Shown here: positions 27,324 through 35,101 of the stretch, one piece after another
How positions within the stretch are numbered: the first letter of the stretch is position 1
How the letters are laid out: every line of letters begins with the position of its first letter
NCBI GenBank assembly: GCA_964495955.1
Contig: CAZBXS010000001.1
Span: 1-39,952, forward strand
Length of the DNA: 39,952 bases
Reading direction: 5' to 3'
Source: an uncultured Faecalibacterium sp.
Lineage (GTDB): Bacteria; Bacillota; Clostridia; Oscillospirales; Acutalibacteraceae
Notes under the pieces: model-generated
Seen by the model: the letters and a program-made list of their open reading frames with translations, nothing else
Told to the model about the DNA's origin: nothing
Database searches by the model: none
Translations under genes and position numbers: made by a program

Positions 27324-27892
27324 CAGTTCGCACCTCCCTTGGCTTGTACAACTATTTCGGAAGCGAGATTGACGCATCTTGTTACCGCTTTCGAGGTTAT
27401 CGTTGCGCCCGTTATCGCCTGTATCTCGTCATCTGCCGACGCCGTTTTGCTGACGGTGAGTTCGCCGGATTTTTCTATGTACTGATTTCTGAATTCATCG
27501 TTTTTGGCATTCATACCGAGACCCGGTGTGTCGTCTATGGTGAGAATTTCGACGCCGGTTATTTTTCCGTCTGTATCAAAGCCTGTCATAACTTCGATGT
27601 CACCGCCGTAGCTCTTATCGAGCGTCGTGACGGTATATCCGACTGTCTCTCCGTTTGCGTTTTTGCCTATATAATATGTATACTCGGTTTCGTTAAGCGT
27701 AAGTTTCGCTTCTTCGAAATCCGTAGCATCGACCAAAACCAGCGTTCTTGCCTTTGCCGCAGTTTCAGCTGCGACTTCGGCTATCTTGTCTTTGGTCAAT
27801 GCATTTGTACCACCCAAAAGAGCTGTTGAAATAAGGCTTATGACAAAGAGGGCAACTGTGGGGATAAGTATTTCTTTTATCTTTCCTTTCAT
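27323..27892 (-). CDS. rnfG: Rnf complex subunit G (FMN-binding)
   Basis: N-terminal anchor and an FMN_bind-type flavinylation motif (ITGATITSKAV). ATGA overlap with the rnfD stop. Confidence 0.9.
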   Translation of the reverse strand: MKGKIKEILIPTVALFVISLISTALLGGTNALTKDKIAEVAAETAAKARTLVLVDATDFEEAKLTLNETEYTYYIGKNANGETVGYTVTTLDKSYGGDIEVMTGFDTDGKITGVEILTIDDTPGLGMNAKNDEFRNQYIEKSGELTVSKTASADDEIQAITGATITSKAVTRCVNLASEIVVQAKGGAN

Positions 27893-28893
27893 TTCGCCGC
27901 CTCCTCTTTCTTCTCTTTCACCGAACCGAACGGCTTCGGAGTTGTGAGATTTTCAATGTGAGGTACAAGTATATTCATCAAAATTATCGAGAACGATACG
28001 CCTTCGGGAAGTGCACCGAAAAGTCTGATAAGGCTCGTTATAAGTCCGCAACCTATGCCGAATATGACTTTACCCTTTTTGTTTATCGGAGAAGTTGTGT
28101 AATCCGTTGCCATGAAGATAGCGCCTAAAAGAAGTCCGCCGCTGAGTATCTGGTAGGCAACAAATGTAAGGTTACCTTTACCTGCGATGAGCATACAGAC
28201 AGCTACCGTACCGACGAAAGTCAAAGGAATTATCGGTGAGATAACTTTTCTTATCAAAAGATATACAAAACCTATCAAGAGAGCCGCCGCACAAACTTCG
28301 CCCATAGAACCCGGTCTTAAACCGAGGAACATGTCTTTGAGTGACGGAAGACCCGCACTTTCCATTGCCGCAGCGATGTCGTCCGACTTCGTTACATCAG
28401 CCATCAAAGCCAGAGGTGACGCCGCTGTTACCGCATCTTCACCTGTACCGGTCACAAAAGGCTGTGTCCAAGTCGACATCAAAGACGGGAACGAGGTCAT
28501 AAGTATAATTCTCGAAGTTATCGCAGGGTTGACGAAGTTCTGACCGATACCGCCGAACATCTGCTTAACGATAACGATAGCGATGAATGAGCCGATAACG
28601 GCTATCCAAAGCGGTAAAGTCGACGGCAGGTTAAAAGCTAATATAATACCCGTAACAATAGCGCTCAAATCGCCGAGTGTGTTGCTTCTTTTCATTATTT
28701 TTCTGCTGACATACTCGAAAACGACTGACGATATGACGCAGGTCATAAGTACAGCCAAAGCGTGCCACTTAAAGAAAATTACGCTTGTCACCGCCGCAGG
28801 CATCAAAGCGATTATAACATCGAGCATTATGCCCTGAGTGGTTTCGCTTGAATGAATATGCGGTGACGCACTGACTGTCAGTTTCTTATCCAT
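27889..28893 (-). CDS. rnfD: Rnf complex subunit D
   Basis: Polytopic protein. SASPHIHS near the N-terminus and MATDYTTSP (flavinylated Thr region) are typical of RnfD/NqrB. Start trimmed to the ATG at 28893, overlapping the rnfC end by 8 nt. Confidence 0.9.
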   Translation of the reverse strand: MDKKLTVSASPHIHSSETTQGIMLDVIIALMPAAVTSVIFFKWHALAVLMTCVISSVVFEYVSRKIMKRSNTLGDLSAIVTGIILAFNLPSTLPLWIAVIGSFIAIVIVKQMFGGIGQNFVNPAITSRIILMTSFPSLMSTWTQPFVTGTGEDAVTAASPLALMADVTKSDDIAAAMESAGLPSLKDMFLGLRPGSMGEVCAAALLIGFVYLLIRKVISPIIPLTFVGTVAVCMLIAGKGNLTFVAYQILSGGLLLGAIFMATDYTTSPINKKGKVIFGIGCGLITSLIRLFGALPEGVSFSIILMNILVPHIENLTTPKPFGSVKEKKEEAAK

Positions 28894-30238
28894 TTTTGTT
28901 GTCCTCCTCTCTGACGACCTGTTTTGCAAGTCTCATGTACTGAACAAGGGGTCTGTTTGACGGGCAGGAATAAGCGCAAGAACCGCATTCCATACAGACG
29001 TTTACGCCGATTTTCTTGAGCCTGTCGACATCTTTTGCCTTGGCGTATCTTTCGATAAGGGTCGGCATAAGGCTCATCGGGCAAGCGTCTACGCATCTTC
29101 CGCATCTTATGCAGTCACGTCTTTTTTCGGACAGGTGCTTGTTATCGGCAAACGCCAATATTGCGTTATTTTGCTTGCAAAGCGGTGCTTCTATATTTGA
29201 AAGAGCAACGCCCATCATGGGGCCGCCGAAAATTATCTTCTTCGGGTTACAGTTGAAACCTCCGCACAGGTCAATGACATCGGATATTTTCGTTCCGATG
29301 GGTACTCTGACATTGCTCGGTTCGACTATCGCCGTTCCGTCAACCGTTACCGAACGGCTGATAAGCGGTTTTCCCGTTTTTAGATATCTTCCTATGAATG
29401 CGATACTGCCGACGTTCATGACGACACAGCCGACATCGGCGGGAAGTTTTCCGGGAGGAACACGTCTGCCCGTAGCGGACAAAATCATCATTTTTTCGGC
29501 ACCTTGAGGATATTTTGATTTAAGTACCATGAGCTTGACTGCGTTGTCCTTGTTGTCCTCGGAGTCGATGATACTTTTCAGTACCTTAAACGCTTCGGGC
29601 TTGTTGTCCTCGGCTGCTATTATTATTTGTTTGAAGTTAAAGTACTTTTGAATTGAGTATATGCCGTTTACGATATCTTCTCCGTGGTCGAGACATTCAC
29701 GGTAGTCGACGGTGATATAAGGCTCACACTCGGCGGCGTTGATAATAAGTGTATCGACGCCTTTGTCTTCGGGGTAATTAAGTTTAACATGAGTTGGGAA
29801 ACCCGCACCGCCGAGACCTACAAGTCCCGACGCTCTGACCGCTTTTATAAAATCTTCTCTCGAATTTATAACGGGCGGTTTGATATCGGGTGAAAGTCTC
29901 ATTTCGCCGTCGGATTCGATCGTAACGGCTTTCGAAAGCATACCGTTTGCAAGATATACTTCGCCTACAGACGTGACCTTTCCCGAAATTGTCGCATGTA
30001 TCGGAGCGGATACGAATTTGTCCGTATCTCCGACTACTTGACCGACATCGACCGTATCTCCGACTTTGACCGTCGGTTCACACGGTGCGCCTATATGCTG
30101 CTGCATGGGAAGAACGACCGTTTTCGGAAATTCCATTCTTCTGACAGGCTTATCGGCTGTGTTCTTATTGTGCGGAACGCTGATACCGCCCCTGCCTTTT
30201 TTGACGGCGGTGAGCACTCCGTTTACAATTTTGCTCAT
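28886..30238 (-). CDS. rnfC: Rnf complex subunit C
   Basis: About 450 aa with an NADH/FMN-binding-like GLVGLGGAGFPTHVK motif and two CxxCxxCxxxCP motifs (CIRCGRCVDACP, CMECGSCAYSCP). I prefer the ATG at 30238 (AGGAG 9 nt upstream) over the TTG at 30241. Confidence 0.9.
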   Translation of the reverse strand: MSKIVNGVLTAVKKGRGGISVPHNKNTADKPVRRMEFPKTVVLPMQQHIGAPCEPTVKVGDTVDVGQVVGDTDKFVSAPIHATISGKVTSVGEVYLANGMLSKAVTIESDGEMRLSPDIKPPVINSREDFIKAVRASGLVGLGGAGFPTHVKLNYPEDKGVDTLIINAAECEPYITVDYRECLDHGEDIVNGIYSIQKYFNFKQIIIAAEDNKPEAFKVLKSIIDSEDNKDNAVKLMVLKSKYPQGAEKMMILSATGRRVPPGKLPADVGCVVMNVGSIAFIGRYLKTGKPLISRSVTVDGTAIVEPSNVRVPIGTKISDVIDLCGGFNCNPKKIIFGGPMMGVALSNIEAPLCKQNNAILAFADNKHLSEKRRDCIRCGRCVDACPMSLMPTLIERYAKAKDVDRLKKIGVNVCMECGSCAYSCPSNRPLVQYMRLAKQVVREEDNKNG

Positions 30239-30275
30239 CAATTACAACTCCTATCTTTTAGATGTGTACTTTAAT

Positions 30276-30788
30276 TTATGAAATATATTTTATCTTATCG
30301 AGTTTCGGCATAACGATTTTAAGTACCGTTCCCGTCACAAGACCCGTCGCTACGGCAAAGAGGATAAGAAAAGGCGCATAATTGAGTATGGCTTTCGTAC
30401 CTGTCAGTACAACAGACACCGCAAGCTGTCCGAGATTGTGGGCACATGACGATGCAACGCCGATACCGACAAAGCCGACGGATTTTACTTTAAGAAGTAA
30501 TACCGTCACAAAGAGGCTGAGTAAACCTCCAGCCAAACTCATGAAAAACGCCGTCCCTCCCCTTGTCACCAAAGCGAACGCCGATTTGATAAGAACTATA
30601 TACAAACTTGCGCCGAAACTCACAGAGCTTGCGGCGAACATTGTTATTATATTTGAAAGTCCGGGTTTTGCGCCCGGCGGGAGAAACGCAACCTGCGGCA
30701 TCAGCAGGCTCTCCGTAAAAGACAGCGCCAAGGCGAGTGCACCGAGTACGCCGGTCAATGCGATTTTTTTGGTTGAAACTTTCTTCAT
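30276..30788 (-). CDS. Gx transporter family / heptaprenyl-diphosphate-synthase-component-I-like membrane protein
   Basis: 170 aa with 5-6 TM helices. The N-terminus KKIALTGVLGALALALSFTESLL resembles this family, and its usual partners (NusG_II protein, ApbE) lie immediately upstream. Confidence 0.6.
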   Translation of the reverse strand: MKKVSTKKIALTGVLGALALALSFTESLLMPQVAFLPPGAKPGLSNIITMFAASSVSFGASLYIVLIKSAFALVTRGGTAFFMSLAGGLLSLFVTVLLLKVKSVGFVGIGVASSCAHNLGQLAVSVVLTGTKAILNYAPFLILFAVATGLVTGTVLKIVMPKLDKIKYIS

Positions 30789-30792
30789 ATTA

Positions 30793-31161
30793 TCAGTATG
30801 TGATTACGTCCGCAGTTTCGGACACGTTATTTTCTTCGACTGTAACTACTGTTTTGTTCGGCACGCATGAAGCTGTATCTCCGTTTTGACTGAGATGTCC
30901 GAATTTTTCACACAGTTTGTCGGGACAGTCGGAACTTAAGTAATAGATTTCGCCGTTTTCGATAGCTAAAACGGAACCGTTTATTTTTACCTGCACTTTT
31001 TCGTCTGTATCGTCAAGTTCGATTACGTGAGTTAGCTTTCCGTCCTGATAGACTTTTGCAACTTTTGTACCCACTTGCCCGTACTTCAACAAAAAGAGAC
31101 ATAAGCTGACGGTCAGAAAAGCCAAAACTATCACTGCGTCGGCACGCTTTCCTTCTCTCAT
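30793..31161 (-). CDS. NusG domain II-containing protein (former DUF1312), membrane anchored
   Basis: 122 aa with an N-terminal TM anchor, then a beta-rich domain containing the Cys motif CPDKLC...SCVPN. ATGA overlap with the apbE stop. Confidence 0.6.
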   Translation of the reverse strand: MREGKRADAVIVLAFLTVSLCLFLLKYGQVGTKVAKVYQDGKLTHVIELDDTDEKVQVKINGSVLAIENGEIYYLSSDCPDKLCEKFGHLSQNGDTASCVPNKTVVTVEENNVSETADVITY

Positions 31162-32204
31162 TTTTCTTCACCTGCCAAGGCGTAATCGGAATTTGTCAAT
31201 TCGAATTTATCTTCAAGTCCGTCTGTTAAAAAGACGTTTTTTTCTTCGTCAACGAGGACGCCGTCAACGCCGTATTCTTTAAGCAGTGCCATGCCTTTTT
31301 CCTTGCCGAGAATAAAAACGGCGGTTGAAAGTGCGTCGGACAAAATTCCGCTGTCGCAAACGACCGTTACGCTGATAAGTCCGCTGTCGGCAGGATATCC
31401 GGTTTTCGTGTCGAGTATGTGGTGGTATGTTTTTCCGTTTGATACGAGTACTCTTTCATAATCGCCCGAAGTCGAGACCGTACCGCTGTCGAGTTTCAGT
31501 TTTCCGAGTGTGTCGGACGCTTCGCCTCTTGGGTCACGGATAGCCACCGTCCAGCAGTCAGCTGTCGGATTTTCGCCGTACAGGAGAATGCTTCCGCCGA
31601 CGGAAATTACCGCAGAATCGACATCTGTACCGTCAAGGACGTCTTTGACTTTGTCGCAGGCGAGACCTTTTCCGACTGCACCGAGGTCGACTTTTTGACC
31701 TTTTTCTATTGTTATATTGCCGTTATCGCACTTGACTTTTTCGCCGTCGACCGACTGTAACGCTTTTTCGATTTCGCTTTCGTTCGGTACAGTCGCACCC
31801 TCTTCGCCGATTTTCCAAAGTGCAGTAATTTTGCCCATTGTTATGTCGAATGCACCGTCCGATTTTCGTCTTACTTCATCGCATAAAGCAAAAATTCCTT
31901 CGGTTTCTTTATCGCACGAAACAGAAAAGTTTTCGTTGAGTTTTGAAACCGTACTTTCGGGAATACGCATAGATATTTTGTTTTCAAGTTCGTTTATTGC
32001 GTTTTCAATTTTTCGGAATGCAGTATCGCTGTCGTTTTCACCGTAAAGTTTTTCGGTTATCACAGTCCCCATAGCTACCGTCGATTTCGTTTTTTGTTCA
32101 AGCGTACTGTCGGTCATGTCCATTATAACCATAACAAAAAGTACGACCGCAAGTAGCATTATGCCGACGGGAACGAGGGATTTTTTCACATTTTCTTTTT
32201 TCAT
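31158..32204 (-). CDS. apbE: FAD:protein FMN transferase (ApbE family)
   Basis: 348 aa with a signal anchor and ApbE motifs (AMGTVI, DLGAVGKG, VSTSGDYER, HHILDTKTG). Confidence 0.88.
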   Translation of the reverse strand: MKKENVKKSLVPVGIMLLAVVLFVMVIMDMTDSTLEQKTKSTVAMGTVITEKLYGENDSDTAFRKIENAINELENKISMRIPESTVSKLNENFSVSCDKETEGIFALCDEVRRKSDGAFDITMGKITALWKIGEEGATVPNESEIEKALQSVDGEKVKCDNGNITIEKGQKVDLGAVGKGLACDKVKDVLDGTDVDSAVISVGGSILLYGENPTADCWTVAIRDPRGEASDTLGKLKLDSGTVSTSGDYERVLVSNGKTYHHILDTKTGYPADSGLISVTVVCDSGILSDALSTAVFILGKEKGMALLKEYGVDGVLVDEEKNVFLTDGLEDKFELTNSDYALAGEEK

Positions 32205-32240
32205 ATCAATGTCTTCCGTTCACAAAATTAACCACTGTAC

Positions 32241-32269
32241 ATAATACCATTTTAAATCGATCTTTTCAA
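32241..32269 (-). promoter_or_regulatory. Sigma-A type promoter for the apbE...rnfB operon
   Basis: Minus strand: TTGAAA, 17 nt, TATTAT, with TGg directly upstream (extended -10). About 37 nt upstream of the apbE ATG. Confidence 0.6.
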
Positions 32270-32289
32270 GTGAAAAGGGGCATTTTTAA

Positions 32290-32307
32290 TTGTTAGTTTT
32301 TTCACAA
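32290..32307 (-). promoter_or_regulatory. Rex-like operator candidate
   Basis: Minus strand reads TTGTGAA-AAAA-CTAACAA, compared with the Rex consensus TTGTGAA-N4-TTCACAA (clostridial variant TTGTTAA-N4-TTAACAA). It lies 21 bp upstream of the -35. An extra TTGTGAA half-site sits in the 5' UTR at 32219-32225. Confidence 0.4.
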
Positions 32308-32342
32308 GAACTGTATGGGTTTAGTCGTTAGATGTACAAAGG

Positions 32343-32435
32343 CAAAAACAACAACCGTCACTATGACAAGTGACGGTTGTTGCAAATAATTTTAAAAGGT
32401 CTGACCGAACAACTGTTTTATCACCGGTTGTCCTT
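32343..32435 (-). ncRNA. Candidate small RNA or attenuator leader (about 93 nt) ending in an intrinsic terminator
   Basis: The predicted transcript runs from about 7 nt after the TATAAT at 32442-32447 to a perfect 14-bp stem (caacaaccgtcact / agtgacggttgttg, 32349-32382) plus TTTTTG on the minus strand. The body holds repeated ACAACCG and GTTGTT segments that could form alternative pairings with the terminator arms. Confidence 0.5.
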
Positions 32436-32441
32436 GACCTG

Positions 32442-32470
32442 ATTATAACCGCAAAATTTCGCTTTGTCAA
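32442..32470 (-). promoter_or_regulatory. Perfect consensus sigma-A promoter driving the small transcript
   Basis: Minus strand: TTGACA, 17 nt (aagcgaaattttgcggt), TATAAT. Confidence 0.65.
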
Positions 32471-32559
32471 GCACAAAGCGGGATTTTATACCCTTTCGCA
32501 ATTCAACTCACCCAAGCATAATTTCTCTCTTATCGGGAACAAATATAAGGGTGAAACTT

Positions 32560-32910
32560 ATGAAAAACTTTCGGCTTTTTCTCAGCGGTATCGCAGTCGG
32601 TACGGTGAACGCACTGTTCGGTGCGGGAGGCGGTATGATAGCTGTACCGATACTGTCAAAATCGGGGCTTAGTCAAAAACAAGCTCAGGCAACGGCTGTG
32701 TCCGTCATACTTCCGCTGACGGTACTAACCGGCGTAATTTATTTTCTTCGTGGAGAAATCGACCTTTCCGATGCGAAAATCTACATTTTGCCGGGCATTA
32801 TCGGTGCGGCAGTCGGTTCACTTGTACTCAAAAAAGTGTCGGACACGGTGCTGAAAAAAGTATTCGCAATATTTCTCCTTTGGGCAGGCGGAAGAATGAT
32901 TTTCAAATGA
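32560..32910 (+). CDS. TSUP (TauE/SafE) family half-size transporter subunit, 4 TM
   Basis: 116 aa starting MKNFRLFLSGIAVGTVNALFGAGGGMIAVPIL (TauE-type G-rich motif). Start trimmed to the ATG at 32560 (AAGGGTGA upstream). Its stop overlaps the next start (ATGA). Confidence 0.75.
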   Translation: MKNFRLFLSGIAVGTVNALFGAGGGMIAVPILSKSGLSQKQAQATAVSVILPLTVLTGVIYFLRGEIDLSDAKIYILPGIIGAAVGSLVLKKVSDTVLKKVFAIFLLWAGGRMIFK

Positions 32911-33281
32911 TGACATATATTGCGGCGTTTTTGTCGGGAATTTTGGGTGCCATGGGGTTCGGCGGCGGAAGTATTTTGATAATTTATCTGACACTTTTTG
33001 CCGGTACGGATCAGTTGACTGCGCAAGGGATAAACTTGATTTTCTTCATTCCGTGTGCCGTTTTGTCGGTCGTGATAAATTCGAAAAACCGTCTTGTGAA
33101 GTACAGGCAGGGTATTCCTCTGATTTTGGGCGGTCTGGTCGGAATAGGAATCGGAGCGTTTTTGGTCGGAATTATAAAAACGGAGCTTTTGTCGAAACTA
33201 TTCGGCGGTTTCGTTGTGATAATCGGACTTTTAACGCTGTTTCAAAAGCCTCAAAACAAAGATAAAAGCCGAAAAGGATAA
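32907..33281 (+). CDS. TSUP (TauE/SafE) family half-size transporter subunit, 4 TM
   Basis: 124 aa starting MMTYIAAFLSGILGAMGFGGGSILIIYL, with the same G-rich motif as the upstream half. It is translationally coupled to it. Confidence 0.75.
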   Translation: MMTYIAAFLSGILGAMGFGGGSILIIYLTLFAGTDQLTAQGINLIFFIPCAVLSVVINSKNRLVKYRQGIPLILGGLVGIGIGAFLVGIIKTELLSKLFGGFVVIIGLLTLFQKPQNKDKSRKG

Positions 33282-33420
33282 AAATGTATATAAATTTAGT
33301 GAAAAAATCTTCGTTTGCTCTTGCTAAACGGAGATTTTTTTGCGATAATGTACTTTGTATTATAATGTATAAGTATTGAAGTATGTGCTGTGTCACTTAC
33401 TATAAAAAGGAGTGTAAAAT

Positions 33421-35088
33421 TTGGACGATAATATGAAACTCGCTCAACTGCTTTTCGGCGATATCACACTGACGCCTGAGGAGCTTGAGGAGCGTTATCC
33501 CGAAAGATGTCTTAAGGAGGGTGCACGTGTGACCCGTTTTGCTCCCTCCCCCACCGGATATCTTCATATCGGCGGTCTTTTCGGTGCATTGGTCGATGTT
33601 CTGACCGCAAAAGCAAGCGGTGGCGTATCGTACCTTCGAATTGAGGATACGGACAAGAAAAGAGAAATCGACGACGGCGTTTCCGCTATCATAACGGGTC
33701 TTGACTCGTTCGGTGTACATTTTGACGAAGGCGTGACCGGATTTAAAAGCGAAAAAGGCGACTACGGCCCTTACACCCAAAGTGAAAGAGTAGAAATCTA
33801 CAAGGCTGTCGCAAAGCGTCTTGTAGAACAAGGTCTTGCTTACCCTTGTTTCTGTACAGCGGAAGAATTAAACGAAACCCGTGAAAAACAGGAGCAAGAG
33901 GGCGAAGACATCAGAGGCTACTTCGGAAAATGGGCAAAGTGTCGCAACCTCACTTTCGATGAGCAGAAAGAAAGAATCGAGGCAGGTCAGCCGTACGTAC
34001 TCAGATTTAGGAGCGACGGAGACAGCGATAAGAGAATTTTCTTCGACGATGTCATAAGAGGAAAAATCGAAATGCCCGAAAATATAATAGATGAGGTACT
34101 TTTAAAATCGGACGGCATACCGACCTATCATTTCGCCCATGTTTGCGACGACCACTTCATGAGGACGACGCACGTCATCAGAGGCGAGGAATGGATTTCA
34201 TCTGTACCCAAACACATCGCACTGTTTAAGGCGTGCGGATTCAGAGCACCGAAATACGCTCACACTCCGCAGGTCATGAAAATAGACGAACAGGACGGCA
34301 CGAAGAGAAAGCTCAGCAAGAGAAAAGACCCGGAAGCCGCAGTCAGCTATTTTGTACAGGAAGGTTTCCCGAAAGAGAGCCTTTTGGAGTACCTTTTAAC
34401 GCTCCTTAACTCGAACTTCGAGGATTGGAGACGTGCCAACCCGAAAGAAGACCTGTTCTCGTTCAAGTTCAATCTCAAAAAGATGAGCTCCAGCGGTTGT
34501 CTTTTCGATTTGGTTAAACTCACAGACGTCAGCAAAAACGTTATTTCCGTCATGGACGCCGAGACCGTTCTCGAACGTGTTTTGGATTGGGCGAAAGTAT
34601 ACGACAGTGAGCTTTACAACCTGCTTGACAGAGACAGAGAATACTCTAAGGGTATTTTCTCAATTGACAGAGGAACCGCAAAGCCGAGAAAAGATATCGC
34701 AAAATGGTCGGAAGTTCGTGAATACTGCAAGTACTTCTTCGATGAGATAAGCGACGAAGAACCCGTTCTTCCCGAAAACATCAGCGGTGCCGACGCTGTG
34801 GCAATACTTGACATGTACGAAAAAGTATATGACGAAAACGACGGCAAAGACGAATGGTTCCAAAAGCTCAAAGACATCTGCGAACCGCTCGGATTTACTC
34901 CGAATGTCAAAGAGTACAAGAAAAATCCCGATATGTACAAAGGTCATGTCGGAGACGTTTCAACAGTCGTAAGACTTGCCGTAACTTCGAGAAGAAACAC
35001 ACCCGACCTTTGCTCTATCATGGCGCTTCTCGGAAATGAAAGAGTACAGGCAAGACTTACAAAAGCAAAAATGAAATTTTCAAACTGA
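33421..35088 (+). CDS. gltX: Glutamate--tRNA ligase
   Basis: Class I signatures [14 protein letters not shown] (HIGH) and KLSKRK (KMSKS), plus RIEDTD. TTG at 33421 lies 8 nt after AAGGAG; the ATG at 33433 is an alternative start. Confidence 0.88.
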   Translation: MDDNMKLAQLLFGDITLTPEELEERYPERCLKEGARVTRFAPSPTGYLHIGGLFGALVDVLTAKASGGVSYLRIEDTDKKREIDDGVSAIITGLDSFGVHFDEGVTGFKSEKGDYGPYTQSERVEIYKAVAKRLVEQGLAYPCFCTAEELNETREKQEQEGEDIRGYFGKWAKCRNLTFDEQKERIEAGQPYVLRFRSDGDSDKRIFFDDVIRGKIEMPENIIDEVLLKSDGIPTYHFAHVCDDHFMRTTHVIRGEEWISSVPKHIALFKACGFRAPKYAHTPQVMKIDEQDGTKRKLSKRKDPEAAVSYFVQEGFPKESLLEYLLTLLNSNFEDWRRANPKEDLFSFKFNLKKMSSSGCLFDLVKLTDVSKNVISVMDAETVLERVLDWAKVYDSELYNLLDRDREYSKGIFSIDRGTAKPRKDIAKWSEVREYCKYFFDEISDEEPVLPENISGADAVAILDMYEKVYDENDGKDEWFQKLKDICEPLGFTPNVKEYKKNPDMYKGHVGDVSTVVRLAVTSRRNTPDLCSIMALLGNERVQARLTKAKMKFSN

Positions 35089-35101
35089 GAAAGGAGAAAA
35101 T

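Noticed and set aside
26578-27372. Long plus-strand ORFs antisense to clearly assigned minus-strand genes. Examples: 264 aa opposite rnfE (the coordinates given here), 192 aa at 216-794, 220 aa at 6217-6879, 194 aa at 1663-2247, 192 aa at 19058-19636 and 175 aa at 25252-25779.
   Set aside because: Each lies wholly inside a gene with strong family motifs on the other strand. Each lacks an RBS and has low-complexity, Ser/Arg/Phe-rich composition typical of shadow frames. I treat them as non-coding.
32205-32559. The coding-strand switch (minus to the left, plus to the right) could mark a replication origin.
   Set aside because: I saw no dnaA or dnaN nearby and no cluster of TTATCCACA-type DnaA boxes (only one weak TTATCACCG). 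The region is adequately explained by divergent promoters. GC skew could not be computed here.
33282-33420. Looked for a T-box leader upstream of gltX/glnS, and for a lysine riboswitch upstream of dapF/dapL.
   Set aside because: The gltX upstream region is only about 140 nt, with no specifier-loop/T-box (AGGGUGGNACC-like) sequence. dapF and dapL have no leader at all, because they overlap or abut the preceding genes.
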